From Candidatus Parcubacteria bacterium (GTDB lineage Bacteria > Patescibacteriota > Minisyncoccia > SURF-38), in the NCBI GenBank assembly GCA_003599335.1, contig QZJN01000014.1, positions 1,432 to 65,431 of the forward strand: a stretch of 64,000 bases of DNA, in the 5' to 3' direction. Below the pieces are notes generated by a model. That model saw only the letters and a program-made list of their open reading frames with translations, made no database searches and had not been told where the DNA came from. Made by a program: the position numbers and the translations under genes. Every line of letters begins with the position of its first letter. The stretch's first letter is position 1. This document shows, piece after piece, positions 37,475 through 47,934 of this stretch.

Positions 37475-38283
37475 TATAGTGGACAGTTAGCGAAATCCGC
37501 TAAGTTATTTAATTGTTGCAATCCTTCCAACCTTTTGGTTTCTTCTCCTTCCGGTTCCAAAATGAAAGTCGGCGTTTTGTTAACATTTTTATCCAGACAT
37601 AACTGAGGATTTCCGCCAGGACCTTCCGGGTGGCATTCCACAGAATTTAACTGCAAATATGCCGGCCCAAGGAGTTTTTCCTGACGTTTGCAATTGCTGC
37701 ATTTTACGGATTTGTAATAGACGACTCCTTTTTGGTTTAAGCACTGGACAAATTCGGAGTAGTCGGCTTTTGTCGATGTACCGGTTTGAGCAAAGTAGGT
37801 TATCGCCGATAAAAGCAAGCCTCCTATTATAAGAGGTGCTATTAATCTTGCGGTCGGGCGTTCGGGCATTGATACCCCGGTAATTATGAGTATTCCTATC
37901 ATCAAGATTTTGGAAGATTCGCAAAGGATGCAAAAAGCCTTTATGACAAATAACTCCAACGAGGAAAGATAAAGAGACGGAATCAGAACCAACAGGGTGA
38001 CGACAAACATTTTTTGAAATACAGCCTCGCTTTTGTCTTTGAGAACCCAAAATAAGATTAGGAAAAAATACCCAAGGCCGAGTAAAGATACGGGAATCCC
38101 GAAAATCTCCGAATAAATACTTGTTGTTACGACATCGCAAGAAACGGTTTCGGATATATCGCAAAAAGACCGAGTCTCTGCAAAATGAATGTATGTGAGG
38201 TATGCCATAATAGCGATACCCCCCAATGCAAGAACGGAAATTATTATGCGCCGGACCGATAATCCCAATATATTTTTATCCAT
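37474..38283 (-). CDS. VKOR fused to a thioredoxin-like domain
   Basis: CDISETVSCDVV, FCILC; C-terminal CSNCKRQ..VEC..C..PTF. Confidence 0.85.
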   Translation of the reverse strand: MDKNILGLSVRRIIISVLALGGIAIMAYLTYIHFAETRSFCDISETVSCDVVTTSIYSEIFGIPVSLLGLGYFFLILFWVLKDKSEAVFQKMFVVTLLVLIPSLYLSSLELFVIKAFCILCESSKILMIGILIITGVSMPERPTARLIAPLIIGGLLLSAITYFAQTGTSTKADYSEFVQCLNQKGVVYYKSVKCSNCKRQEKLLGPAYLQLNSVECHPEGPGGNPQLCLDKNVNKTPTFILEPEGEETKRLEGLQQLNNLADFANCPL

Positions 38284-38292
38284 TTATTATTT

Positions 38293-38709
38293 TTATTTCC
38301 AGAGTTCTTTAAACGATTTTGGCCAACCGATATAAAGCAGGATTGCTAATGGCGCGCCCCAATTTGCCCATCTTTCTATAAAATCCCAGATGGGTTCACC
38401 GGCGATGGGTCTTAATAAAGCCGTCCAGAATCCCCAGAAAGTCATCCATAAAAGTGCAACGCGGACCGGCTTTATCAGAATCAATACAGCAAGGGCAATA
38501 TCCATAATGCCAATAAGTGGCATGATGGTCATTGCCGTGTCTGGGGAGAGGTTGACAGCTTCAAAGTATTTTATCCAGCTTTGTTTTTGCTGTAATGCAA
38601 AAATGCCATGGCCAAAAAATTCTCCGGCTACCGCAATTCTTAAGACCCACAACATCAATCTTCCTTTTGCATTTTGATCGGATTGATAAGAGATATTTTG
38701 AGTTTCCAT
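38293..38709 (-). CDS. DoxX-like membrane protein
   Basis: LRIAVAGEFFGHG, WDFIERWANWGAPL. Confidence 0.65.
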   Translation of the reverse strand: METQNISYQSDQNAKGRLMLWVLRIAVAGEFFGHGIFALQQKQSWIKYFEAVNLSPDTAMTIMPLIGIMDIALAVLILIKPVRVALLWMTFWGFWTALLRPIAGEPIWDFIERWANWGAPLAILLYIGWPKSFKELWK

Positions 38710-38752
38710 ACGTTCTAATTATAACAATAATTATAGATTACGACCTTGTGTA

Positions 38753-39952
38753 TTAATTTTGATAAATACGAATTAATTCACCAAATTTTAAGAGCCTTTC
38801 TCTGACCGGCGCCCCAATTTTAACTCCATCGGCACCGCAGGCTTTTGCCAGTTGTATTATAAAAACATCGTCTGTTTCTCCGGAACGATGTGAAATTATA
38901 ACTTTTAAATTATTTGATCGGGCGGCTTTAATTGCCAGTATTGTTTCGGTTATTGTTCCAATCTGATTCGGTTTTATAATTACCCCATTAATAAGGCCCT
39001 TCTCGGCCGACTCGCGGATTGTTTTTGGGTTTGTTGTTGTTAGATCGTCTCCAATAATTAAAGCATCCGGCATTCTCAGACGCAGTTTCCTGAAAGCTTC
39101 AAAATCGGTTTCAGCAAACGGATCTTCCAACGAGAAGAGGAGATTAATTTTAGAAAAGTATTCCTGGTATATCTTTACCAAATCTTCGGCGGATAATTTT
39201 TTACCTCCGAGTTTATAGTAATTTTGTTGGTAGAAATTGTTTGCGGCAACATCAAGTCCAAGTTTCATTTTATCCTCAAATCCCAATGCCACAATGAGAT
39301 GTTCCAGTATTTTGAGAGGCTGAAAATCGTCATTAAAATTTGTAGAAAAACCACCCTCGTCACCAAGCGGCAATTCATCAAGTTGACCGGACTTTTTCAG
39401 TTCATTGCCCAGGGCGTTATAAATAGTTTTTAGATTTTCAATACTTTCTTTAAGATTTGTGTTTGTCTCGGTGACCACTAAATATTCTTGGATAGAAAGG
39501 TTATTTTTTGCATGAGCACCCCCGTTTATTAAATTTGAAAAAATCAGGGGAGAATTTTCTTTATTATTTTCTTTAAAAAACTCATCTCTCAAAAACTGCC
39601 ATAATTCTTGTTTGTATTCCGCCGCCATGGCTCTGGCTCCGGCAATTGATATGCCAAGAATAAAGTTGCCCCCCAACTTTTCTTTTTTAGGAGTATTATC
39701 TGTTTTTAGAAGGAAAGCGTCGAGTTCTTCCGTAGAATTAAAATTTTTGCCGATTAACTCTTGCTTAACATTTTCTAGTGATTTTTTTACTCGATCCGGA
39801 GAAAAAACAGAAGCCTCGTTTGCACCCCGGCTTTTTCCGGAAGGTATTTGGGCGCAAAAATTTTTATCGTCATCACTTAAAAGGCAAACTTCGATAGTTG
39901 GCTCCGATCTTGAATCGAGTATTTCTTTTACAAATATGTTCTTAAACCTCAT
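38753..39952 (-). CDS. eno: Enolase (divergent, short)
   Basis: EILDSR, NGGAHA, GDEGGF, EDPF, IGDDL, IKPNQIG, SHRSGET. Confidence 0.9.
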   Translation of the reverse strand: MRFKNIFVKEILDSRSEPTIEVCLLSDDDKNFCAQIPSGKSRGANEASVFSPDRVKKSLENVKQELIGKNFNSTEELDAFLLKTDNTPKKEKLGGNFILGISIAGARAMAAEYKQELWQFLRDEFFKENNKENSPLIFSNLINGGAHAKNNLSIQEYLVVTETNTNLKESIENLKTIYNALGNELKKSGQLDELPLGDEGGFSTNFNDDFQPLKILEHLIVALGFEDKMKLGLDVAANNFYQQNYYKLGGKKLSAEDLVKIYQEYFSKINLLFSLEDPFAETDFEAFRKLRLRMPDALIIGDDLTTTNPKTIRESAEKGLINGVIIKPNQIGTITETILAIKAARSNNLKVIISHRSGETDDVFIIQLAKACGADGVKIGAPVRERLLKFGELIRIYQN

Positions 39953-39959
39953 GATTTTT

Positions 39960-41363
39960 TCAGCCCAATTTGTCGACTATTAGATAGATTGCGAAAAATA
40001 TATAAAAAACAGAAGTGAACGCCATTAATAAATTCATAATCCACCCCGGTCTCAATTGCGGCGGCAGGCGTCGATTGTTTATATATATGATCATTGGGGT
40101 ATAGATGGCCATGGTTATGCCTCCAAGAGCCGCGCTGATAGTAAGCAAAGTCAGGGGTTGCTTGAAGGGGATTAGGGTCGCGCTAATAATAACAAGCCCG
40201 ACGATAAGGGCGTAATAAAGCTGGCTTAAAGAGAAGCGTTTTGTCCAAGAGAGGTATTTTTGGAAAGGACCGACGTGAGAATTAACAAAAATAATATCGC
40301 TGACAATGCGAGTAAAAGCATCAATCACCGTCCACATTACGGAAAAAAGCATTAAGAAGGCCATGATGAGAAAAAGGTTAAAACCGAATTCTCCCCATTT
40401 GTCGCCGAAAATATATGCCTGAACAACGGCGACATTTAATCCTTCTGGGACCAAACCACGGGGGACAAGCACCGCGTGGGCATTGATGCTTAGGAGGAGA
40501 AGGGTAACAAATCCCAAAAACCAAAATATTAACCCCTGGTCGATTTTCATAAAGAGCATCCATCTTTTCCACCTTGAGAGATTTGTTTGGGTTGGTTCAA
40601 AGGTGTAGCCGGTTGAAGCGACGGCCTCCGGCCTTGCCGTAATGGGGTTTATGATGCGCCCAATATATTTACCCATGCCGGCCTGTTTATCTCGATACCA
40701 TAAAGATACACAGGTATTAAGAAGGCCTCCGGCCCCGGCAAAAACAATTGCTCCAAGTAAAACATCAATATCGATTCCCTCCGGTAGCCAGCCAAAATTC
40801 AAAACGCCTTTTAAAGCCGTAAAGATTTGCTGAGGAGATAAAGTCAGAAAACTTATTATAACAAGAAGAACGAAAAATGAAGGAACTGTTATTTTTAAAG
40901 ATTTTTCAAGAACAACGTAGGCAACCTTACCGCTGAAGGTTAGAACCAACACAAGACCCAGGCTTGCCCAAGCCCAGGCGAGATAGCTTCCGAAGCCAAA
41001 AAGTTCTTTTAAGGTTGTTCCCATAGCTGCTGCCCAACCCGGCCAAATGTAGAGTATTACCGCCGAAAGAAGCCACAATGGAGCAAACCATTTAAAGACT
41101 CTTGCCGAGGAAGTAAAAAAACTTTCTCCAGTGGCTAGTTCGTGTCTGGCTACTTCGTGATTGATGAACCATTGCAGGGTTATTCCCAAGAAGGCCGCCC
41201 ACAGAAGCCCGAGGCCATATTTGGTAATGAGGTGCGGCCACATAATTAACTCTCCGGTTCCGATTGCTAGTCCCATTACTACTATTCCGACACCGATTGC
41301 ATTTTTCCAGGAAGGTGCTTCGGGTAATTCCCTTATTTCAAGTGGTGGATATTGATCAGTCAT
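39960..41363 (-). CDS. Nramp/YcsG-like APC-superfamily transporter
   Basis: GLAIGTGELIMWP, RHELATGES, about 11 TM. Confidence 0.75.
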   Translation of the reverse strand: MTDQYPPLEIRELPEAPSWKNAIGVGIVVMGLAIGTGELIMWPHLITKYGLGLLWAAFLGITLQWFINHEVARHELATGESFFTSSARVFKWFAPLWLLSAVILYIWPGWAAAMGTTLKELFGFGSYLAWAWASLGLVLVLTFSGKVAYVVLEKSLKITVPSFFVLLVIISFLTLSPQQIFTALKGVLNFGWLPEGIDIDVLLGAIVFAGAGGLLNTCVSLWYRDKQAGMGKYIGRIINPITARPEAVASTGYTFEPTQTNLSRWKRWMLFMKIDQGLIFWFLGFVTLLLLSINAHAVLVPRGLVPEGLNVAVVQAYIFGDKWGEFGFNLFLIMAFLMLFSVMWTVIDAFTRIVSDIIFVNSHVGPFQKYLSWTKRFSLSQLYYALIVGLVIISATLIPFKQPLTLLTISAALGGITMAIYTPMIIYINNRRLPPQLRPGWIMNLLMAFTSVFYIFFAIYLIVDKLG

Positions 41364-42366
41364 TGTTAGCTATATTTGATGGTTTCTTGTCGATAAAAGC
41401 TGTTATATTTTTTATTGTTGTGTCTAAAATTCTCTCGAGCGCTTCTTTAGTATTAAAAGCGTTGTGGGGAGTAATTAAGACATTTGGCATTTTCATTAGA
41501 ACGTGATTTTCAAGCACGGCTTTCAGTTTTCGATGATGCTGGTGTTTATCTTTTAAAAACGTCATTTCGTCTTTTGTTTCTCCTTCTTCTTCCAAAACAT
41601 CAAGCCCGGCTCCAGCCAAAACCTTTGTTTCAAGGGCTTCTATAAGCGCATCGGTTTCAACAATTCCACCCCTCGCTGTGTTAATTAGGTAGGCGCCGCG
41701 CTTTATTAATTTCATATTTTTTTTATTCAACAAGTGACGAGTTTTTTCGTTGTAGGGCGTATGGATAGAAATGATATCTGAATTTTTGAGCAATTCTTCA
41801 AGATTGAGATATTTAAAACCCATTGATTTTGCAGTTTCTGCGTTTGGAAATAAATCAAATGCCAGAATATTCATTGAAAATCCATGGGCAATTTTTATCA
41901 TTTCTTTGCCGATTCTTCCTGTCCCAATAATGCCGATAGCTTTGTCTTTTAAGTCCATCCCCCGCAGATCATTCAAAGCGAATGAATTAAATTCTTTGAC
42001 CCGATCAATTGCCTCGTAAAGTTTTCTGGTCAAATTAAGGATTAGACCAAACGTGAATTCGGCAACTGTGTTATCGCCATATCCCGGAACATATCCGACA
42101 AGAATATTTCTTTTCTTACACTCAATAAGATCTATATGATCAAAGCCGGTGGATCGTGTTGTGACAAACTTTAAGTTTGGCAAGAATTCAATAACCCCCT
42201 TGTTTACTTGGGAATTTACGAAAATGCATATAATCTCAAAATCATTTCTTTTGGGGAGATTTGTTGCGAGAAGTTTTTCCTTGCTTAAAAAAAGATCATG
42301 CCCTGGGAAGGCTTTTTTGATTAATTCTTCTTCCCAACCCTCTAACTCGAAAAAGGCAATTTTCAT
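41356..42366 (-). CDS. D-isomer-specific 2-hydroxyacid dehydrogenase (D-LDH-like)
   Basis: RSTGFDHID, GTGRIG, NTARG, GLDVLEEE, TPHNAF. Confidence 0.92.
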   Translation of the reverse strand: MKIAFFELEGWEEELIKKAFPGHDLFLSKEKLLATNLPKRNDFEIICIFVNSQVNKGVIEFLPNLKFVTTRSTGFDHIDLIECKKRNILVGYVPGYGDNTVAEFTFGLILNLTRKLYEAIDRVKEFNSFALNDLRGMDLKDKAIGIIGTGRIGKEMIKIAHGFSMNILAFDLFPNAETAKSMGFKYLNLEELLKNSDIISIHTPYNEKTRHLLNKKNMKLIKRGAYLINTARGGIVETDALIEALETKVLAGAGLDVLEEEGETKDEMTFLKDKHQHHRKLKAVLENHVLMKMPNVLITPHNAFNTKEALERILDTTIKNITAFIDKKPSNIANND

Positions 42367-42367
42367 G

Positions 42368-44773
42368 TTAGTTTTTATTTTTTTCTTGTTTGGATACAGC
42401 GACAATTGTTTTTACTATACTATCGGGGTTTAGAGAAATACTCTGAATTTTATTTTTGACTAAAAATTTTGCAAATTCTGGATAATCCGACGGCGCCTGG
42501 CCGCAAATACCGATATATTTTTTCTTTTGTTTAGATTTCTCTATTATTTTGGCAATCAATTTTTTAACCGAATCATCATTTTCATTGGCGATGTGAGTTA
42601 CGATGCCAGAATCTCTATCAAGTCCCAAGGTTAATTGGGTTAAGTCGTTTGAGCCGATGGACATACCGTCAAATATTTTTAAGAACTCATCAGCCAAGAT
42701 AATATTTGAGGGTATTTCACACATTACGTAAACCTTGAGAGTTTTATCTTTTTTTCTATCAAGGCCATGCTTTTTCATTATTTCAAGAACCATTTTTCCT
42801 TCCCCCGGTGTTCTGCAGAAGGGAATCATGGGCACTATGTTCTTTAGTCCCATTTTATTCCTCGCCTTTTTAAGGGCTAAACATTCAAGACCAAAAGCTT
42901 CTTTAAATTTGGGGTCATAATATCTGGAAGCTCCTCGCCAACCGAGCATGGGATTTTCTTCGTTTGGCTCATACAATTCTCCGCCAATAAGTTTGCGGTA
43001 TTCGTTGGTTTTAAAGTCTGAAAAGCGAATAATAACTTCATTTGGCCAAAATGCCGCTCCAATTTTTGCTATTCCCTCGGCGAGTTCATCAATATAATAA
43101 CTGGTTTTGTTTTTATATCCGGTAGTCAGTTCGTCGATCTGTTTTTTAAGACCGCTAGATTTTATTTTTTTGTAGTTAATAAGAGCATTGGGATGGATTT
43201 TTATGTGGGATGCGATTATAAATTCTACTCTCCCAAGTCCGACTCCACTTGTCGGCAAAAAGTGATTTTTGAAGGCTTCGTCAGGAGAGCCGATGTTTAC
43301 CATTATTTTTGTTTTTGTTTTCGGTATTTTGTCGAGGCGATGTTCGATGATTTGAAATGGTAATTTGCCTTTGTAAACGAAACCGGTTTCTCCGGATGAG
43401 CAGTCTATGGTTATTTGTTCCCCGTTTTTGAGCTTTCTTGTCGCATTTGATGTTCCGACAATGCAGGGGATGCCAAGCTCTCTGGAGACGATCGCCGCGT
43501 GGCTTGTGCGACCGCCCTTATCCGTGACAATGGCCGAGGCTATTTTCATAATCGGTTCCCAATCGGGGTCTGTTATTTCGGTAACCAAAACCTCATTCTT
43601 TTTGAACAGACTTAGCGCTTTTGAATTTTTTATTATTTTGGCTTTGCCGGCTGAAATTTTGGTGCCGACAGCGGCGCCGGAGCATAAGTCAACCCCTTTT
43701 CTTTTGAGGCGATATTCTCGGTAGATGTTTTTATCGGCAAGCGAATGGACGGTTTCTGGTCTAGCTTGAACTATAAATAATTTTTTAGAGCGTCCGTCTT
43801 TTGCCCATTCGATATCCATCGGCTGGTAATGGCCGGTTTTTTTAGAGAAATAATCTTCAATTTTAATACACCAGGAAGCAAGTTTTAAAATTTCATCCTC
43901 GGAAAGGCAGAGGGATGTTTTTTCGGAGACCGATGCGGAAACTTTTTTTGTTCCGTGCTTACCGTATATAAGTTTAGTTGCCTTTGAGCCCAAGTCTTTT
44001 GCTATAATTGATTTAAAACCATGCTTAAGAGTTGGTTTAAAGACGATAAATTCATCAGGAGTAACTTTACCCTGAACTATCATTTCGCCAAGACCCCATG
44101 AGCCGTTGATTATAACAACATTGTCAAAGCCGGTCTCGGTGTCCAGTGTAAAGGCGACGCCGCTTGAGCCAAGATCGGAACGAACCATTTTTTGAATTGC
44201 TACGGATAGAGAAATATCAAAGTGAGAAAAACCCTTATCAACCCGATAGGAAATTGCTCTGTCGGTAAATAAGGAAGCGAAACATTTTTTGACTGAAATT
44301 AAAACTTCATTTATGCCGACAACATTAAGGTATGTCTCTTGTTGTCCTGCAAATGAAGCTCCCGGCAGATCTTCGGCCGTTGCCGAAGAGCGGACGGCAA
44401 CATCTGGTTTATTAAAATAAATTTTACCGAGCCTTTCGTAAGCTTCGGTTATAGCCTTTATCAGTTCTGGCGGGAGGGGAGATTGTAATATAAGTTGTCT
44501 CACGGCTTTACCCTTCATTTGTAAAGCTTTTATATTTTTGGTGTTCAATCCGGAAAGCAGCGTTCTTATTTTTGTATCAAGTTCAGATTTTTTTAGGAAA
44601 TAACGATATGCCCCGGCCGTTATTGCAAAGCCGTTGGGCACCGAAATTCCAAGCGGCGTGAGATTCGAGTGCATTTCGCCAAGTGAAGCATTTTTACCGC
44701 CGACCAAAGACACGTCGTTTATATTTATTTCTTTGAACCAGAGTATGAAAGCGTCTTTTTTGGAAATTTTCAT
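42368..44773 (-). CDS. ppsA: Phosphoenolpyruvate synthase (pyruvate, water dikinase)
   Basis: GGKNASLGEM, VRSSATAEDL, TSHAAIVSRE, SIGSNDLTQ, GICGQAPSD. Confidence 0.96.
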   Translation of the reverse strand: MKISKKDAFILWFKEININDVSLVGGKNASLGEMHSNLTPLGISVPNGFAITAGAYRYFLKKSELDTKIRTLLSGLNTKNIKALQMKGKAVRQLILQSPLPPELIKAITEAYERLGKIYFNKPDVAVRSSATAEDLPGASFAGQQETYLNVVGINEVLISVKKCFASLFTDRAISYRVDKGFSHFDISLSVAIQKMVRSDLGSSGVAFTLDTETGFDNVVIINGSWGLGEMIVQGKVTPDEFIVFKPTLKHGFKSIIAKDLGSKATKLIYGKHGTKKVSASVSEKTSLCLSEDEILKLASWCIKIEDYFSKKTGHYQPMDIEWAKDGRSKKLFIVQARPETVHSLADKNIYREYRLKRKGVDLCSGAAVGTKISAGKAKIIKNSKALSLFKKNEVLVTEITDPDWEPIMKIASAIVTDKGGRTSHAAIVSRELGIPCIVGTSNATRKLKNGEQITIDCSSGETGFVYKGKLPFQIIEHRLDKIPKTKTKIMVNIGSPDEAFKNHFLPTSGVGLGRVEFIIASHIKIHPNALINYKKIKSSGLKKQIDELTTGYKNKTSYYIDELAEGIAKIGAAFWPNEVIIRFSDFKTNEYRKLIGGELYEPNEENPMLGWRGASRYYDPKFKEAFGLECLALKKARNKMGLKNIVPMIPFCRTPGEGKMVLEIMKKHGLDRKKDKTLKVYVMCEIPSNIILADEFLKIFDGMSIGSNDLTQLTLGLDRDSGIVTHIANENDDSVKKLIAKIIEKSKQKKKYIGICGQAPSDYPEFAKFLVKNKIQSISLNPDSIVKTIVAVSKQEKNKN

Positions 44774-44789
44774 TTTCTTTTTTTAATAG

Positions 44790-46073
44790 TTATTCTTTTA
44801 GGGCCACAATAAGGTCTGAAACATTAGAACCAGTATCGTCCGTAGAAACGTAATCTTTTGTTTTTTCGAAAAAACCATAGGAATCGTTATTTTCCAAATA
44901 TGCCTTTATATCAAGATTCATCGCGAGAGCTTTTTTCTTTGTTTCCATATCACATATTGCGCCCGCAAAATCGGTATTATCCTTTCCATCGGAAGCAAAT
45001 GGCAACAACGCGAGACCTTCTTTGATTTTCTGAAGGGCAGAAAGGCCAAGTTCAAGGCTTCTTCCTCCTTTACCTGGTTTTTTTATGGTTACCGTTGTTT
45101 CTCCCCCGTATAAAAGGGCGGTCTTTGATTGTTTCGATTCAAGTTGTTCAATAATAGAAATTCCGACGTCCTTGGCCTCACCGCTTAAACAACTCGTGCA
45201 GATTATTGGCTTGAAGTTTAGTTTTTCTGCCTCTTTTGCCATTGCGTCAAGGGCTATTTTATTTGAAGCGGTCAGGATATTCTTTACTTTTGTAAAATAT
45301 TTTTCTTCTTTTGGAGTTTCGAATAATTGAATTTCCGCAAGAGAGCATTTATTTTTGATTTCGTAATCCTTTATTATTTTTTCTGCCTGGTTTACGGTTG
45401 TCGTGTCTTTTATTGTTGGCCCCGAGGCTACGAATTCAAGATTGTCGCCCGGCACATCGGAAAAAATCAAAGAGATTACATTTGCCGGGTAAGCATATTT
45501 TGCCAAATATCCTCCTCTGGCAAGAGAAATGTGTTTGCGTATTAAATTTATTTTTTGGATATCGGCGCCCGAATCAAAGAGGCAGCGCAGGATATTTGCT
45601 TCATCATAGCAGGTCATATCTTTTGGCTGACACAGGAGCGTTGAGCCTCCTCCGGAGATCATAAAAATTACTAAATCATTTTCATTCAAACCGTTAAGGA
45701 GGTTTATGATCTCTTTAGTGGCGTCAATATTGCGTTGGGTGGGGAAGGGGTGATCTCCGGTGATTACCCGGATTTTTTTAAGAGAGCCGGAGTTAGTATC
45801 AACGACAATCCCGTCATGGATCTTTTCGCCGAGTATCTTTTCGAGCGCCGCGGCGGCTTCTAAAGAACATTTACCAATGCCTACGATAAGGATGCGTTCA
45901 AGGTCGGCTAATCGATATTGATCTGATCTTATATATAGAATATTTTTTTCCAAGCGAATTAGTTGGTTTATAATTTTTTCTGTGTCAACGGATTGAAGCC
46001 CAGCCTCGGCTATTTTTAGGGCCGCAGCTCTAAGGGGTGTCTTAGAGAGTTCTTTATAATTTTTGATCTTCAT
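44790..46073 (-). CDS. Glycerate 2-kinase (DUF4147/MOFRL family)
   Basis: GIGK, HPFP, ISGGGS, SDVPGD..ASGPT, GGETTV, GKGGR, SDGKD, TGSNVSD. Confidence 0.9.
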   Translation of the reverse strand: MKIKNYKELSKTPLRAAALKIAEAGLQSVDTEKIINQLIRLEKNILYIRSDQYRLADLERILIVGIGKCSLEAAAALEKILGEKIHDGIVVDTNSGSLKKIRVITGDHPFPTQRNIDATKEIINLLNGLNENDLVIFMISGGGSTLLCQPKDMTCYDEANILRCLFDSGADIQKINLIRKHISLARGGYLAKYAYPANVISLIFSDVPGDNLEFVASGPTIKDTTTVNQAEKIIKDYEIKNKCSLAEIQLFETPKEEKYFTKVKNILTASNKIALDAMAKEAEKLNFKPIICTSCLSGEAKDVGISIIEQLESKQSKTALLYGGETTVTIKKPGKGGRSLELGLSALQKIKEGLALLPFASDGKDNTDFAGAICDMETKKKALAMNLDIKAYLENNDSYGFFEKTKDYVSTDDTGSNVSDLIVALKE

Positions 46074-46096
46074 TTATCTGTGGCTTTATTTTTTTA

Positions 46097-46276
46097 TTAA
46101 TCATCAAGAGATGTATCTGGTGCATATTTTTCCGGTTCTTTGTCGAAGTGAGTTTTGCAACCTCTGGAACAAAAGTAATATTTTTCGCCGTTGTATTCGC
46201 TTGTTTCTTCGGTGTTTTCAAAGGGTATTTCCATCCCGCAGACGACATCAAATATTTTTGTCGTTTTTTGGTCCAT
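46097..46276 (-). CDS. YHS-domain protein (59 aa, not in the ORF track)
   Basis: Hand translation ..DVVCGMEI..SEYNGEKYYFCSRGCKTHFDKEPEKY. Confidence 0.85.
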   Translation of the reverse strand: MDQKTTKIFDVVCGMEIPFENTEETSEYNGEKYYFCSRGCKTHFDKEPEKYAPDTSLDD

Positions 46277-46302
46277 AAATTAAGTATAACTTATTTTAAA
46301 AT

Positions 46303-46662
46303 TTAAGGCTGCGAAAGTTCACAGCCGCTTTCTTGTGATAATTTTTTAAGCCCCTGTTCTCCTACAAGCTTGCGCCCGTCTTGTAAGATCCATGTTGGAT
46401 AGCCCTCAATTCCTTTTTGAATGCAAAGTTGAGGTTGTGCCGGGCATTCGACATAAGGGACAAATTTGAACGAGTTGCCAAAGAGTCTTTTTTCATTTTG
46501 ACAATGAGGGCACCATTTAGCCCCATACATAGTTACATTTTTTTCTTTCAGACATTGGGCAAAACCATCGAGGGTGCCTTTAACAGGAGGAGTTTTAAAC
46601 AAAAAATATAACCCAATTATCGCAATAATAACTAATCCAGCAATTAGGTAATCTCTTTTCAT
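46303..46662 (-). CDS. Membrane-anchored thioredoxin/glutaredoxin-like protein
   Basis: MYGAKWCPHCQ, YVEC, GYPTW. Confidence 0.85.
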   Translation of the reverse strand: MKRDYLIAGLVIIAIIGLYFLFKTPPVKGTLDGFAQCLKEKNVTMYGAKWCPHCQNEKRLFGNSFKFVPYVECPAQPQLCIQKGIEGYPTWILQDGRKLVGEQGLKKLSQESGCELSQP

Positions 46663-46663
46663 A

Positions 46664-47143
46664 TTAACAACAGTTTTTTAATTTCTTTTTTAGCTCTTCG
46701 ATTCTCTGTAAATCTTTAGAGGCATTCAGTTCTTTATTAATCAACGTTGTCGGCCTTATGAAAATCAGGTATAGAGCAACAGCAAGAAGAGCAATTTCCA
46801 ATATTAAAGCTTTCCAGCCCATATTTAGTAATAGGATATAAGTCAGAATGATTCCTGGAAGAATAAATAATATTTTCCATAAGAGAGGGTTTGAGTTTGC
46901 CCAATGCCAAGATTTCTCGCTCTGATAGGCTATGCCAACGACAGTCCCTCCCATAAGAAGAGCTGTCAATAAAGAGAATTCATTTTTACCGACGATTCCA
47001 AGCAACGATCCTGCCGTGAGCAAAACCCATGTTCCACTTACGCCAGCGCATACCGGACATATTTTGAAAGCCGTAGCTTTATTGGTAAGCCAAACAATAA
47101 AGGTGATTATAAGGATTGATAGGGTTGTTAGAATAACGTTCAT
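46664..47143 (-). CDS. Hypothetical membrane protein with CPVC and a C-terminal CC
   Basis: ICPVCAGV, LMGGTVVGIAY, ends KNCC. Confidence 0.7.
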   Translation of the reverse strand: MNVILTTLSILIITFIVWLTNKATAFKICPVCAGVSGTWVLLTAGSLLGIVGKNEFSLLTALLMGGTVVGIAYQSEKSWHWANSNPLLWKILFILPGIILTYILLLNMGWKALILEIALLAVALYLIFIRPTTLINKELNASKDLQRIEELKKKLKNCC

Positions 47144-47149
47144 ATTTAG

Positions 47150-47929
47150 TCAGAGGATAAAAATCATTATTCCCAATATAATCATCGCTAATCCGCTGCC
47201 CAATCTCATAAATTTGCGTTCCGAGTCGCGCCAGGCCTGGATTTTTTCAACCAAATTTTTGTTGCTTGCTATCAGTAAAATGACAACAAGAGGCAAGACA
47301 AAAATAAGGTTATAAAGAATCAGATAAACAAGACCTTTTATATAAGTTGCCGAATCGTGGAGAAGCCCAAGTACCAAAAGATAAGGTCCACCGGTGCAGG
47401 GGAATTCGCAAAGTCCCACAAAACCCCCAAGTAAAAAGGCTGTCGGGATTGAACCGCTTTCGACCAAGAGAGCGATTTTACTGTGCGCCGATTGGGGAAT
47501 TTTCAGTTTTATTGGAAACTTCGGGAAAAATTCGTTTATCACATTTATGGCGCCAAGAATAACCAGGAGTACCGCTGCTGTTTTTGCCATAAAATTCGGG
47601 GTATTGAAGAAGTGCAAAGCCTGTAAAATTCCGAGCCCTATAAGAATGTAAACAACAAATAACCCAAATATATAAGCACTTCCAATCAGAAGAATTTTAG
47701 AGCGATATTTTCCCAAACTGAAAAGGAAAGCTATTGTTAAAATCAAAACCGAAAAAGCGCAAGGATTAATGCTGTCTATCAGGGCCGCAACAACAACCAG
47801 CGGTAAAAGCCAAGCTCCCTGATTGCTTATATTCCATAAAGTTTGCGTGCCAATGTTACCTCCCCTGAAAAATATCACAATGCCAAAGAGGCTGATTGCA
47901 ACAATTGATAGAAGAATGAGTTTTTTCAT
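47150..47929 (-). CDS. CcdA/DsbD-like protein (copy 3)
   Basis: DSINPCAF, EFPCTGGPY. Confidence 0.85.
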   Translation of the reverse strand: MKKLILLSIVAISLFGIVIFFRGGNIGTQTLWNISNQGAWLLPLVVVAALIDSINPCAFSVLILTIAFLFSLGKYRSKILLIGSAYIFGLFVVYILIGLGILQALHFFNTPNFMAKTAAVLLVILGAINVINEFFPKFPIKLKIPQSAHSKIALLVESGSIPTAFLLGGFVGLCEFPCTGGPYLLVLGLLHDSATYIKGLVYLILYNLIFVLPLVVILLIASNKNLVEKIQAWRDSERKFMRLGSGLAMIILGIMIFIL

Positions 47930-47934
47930 AATTT

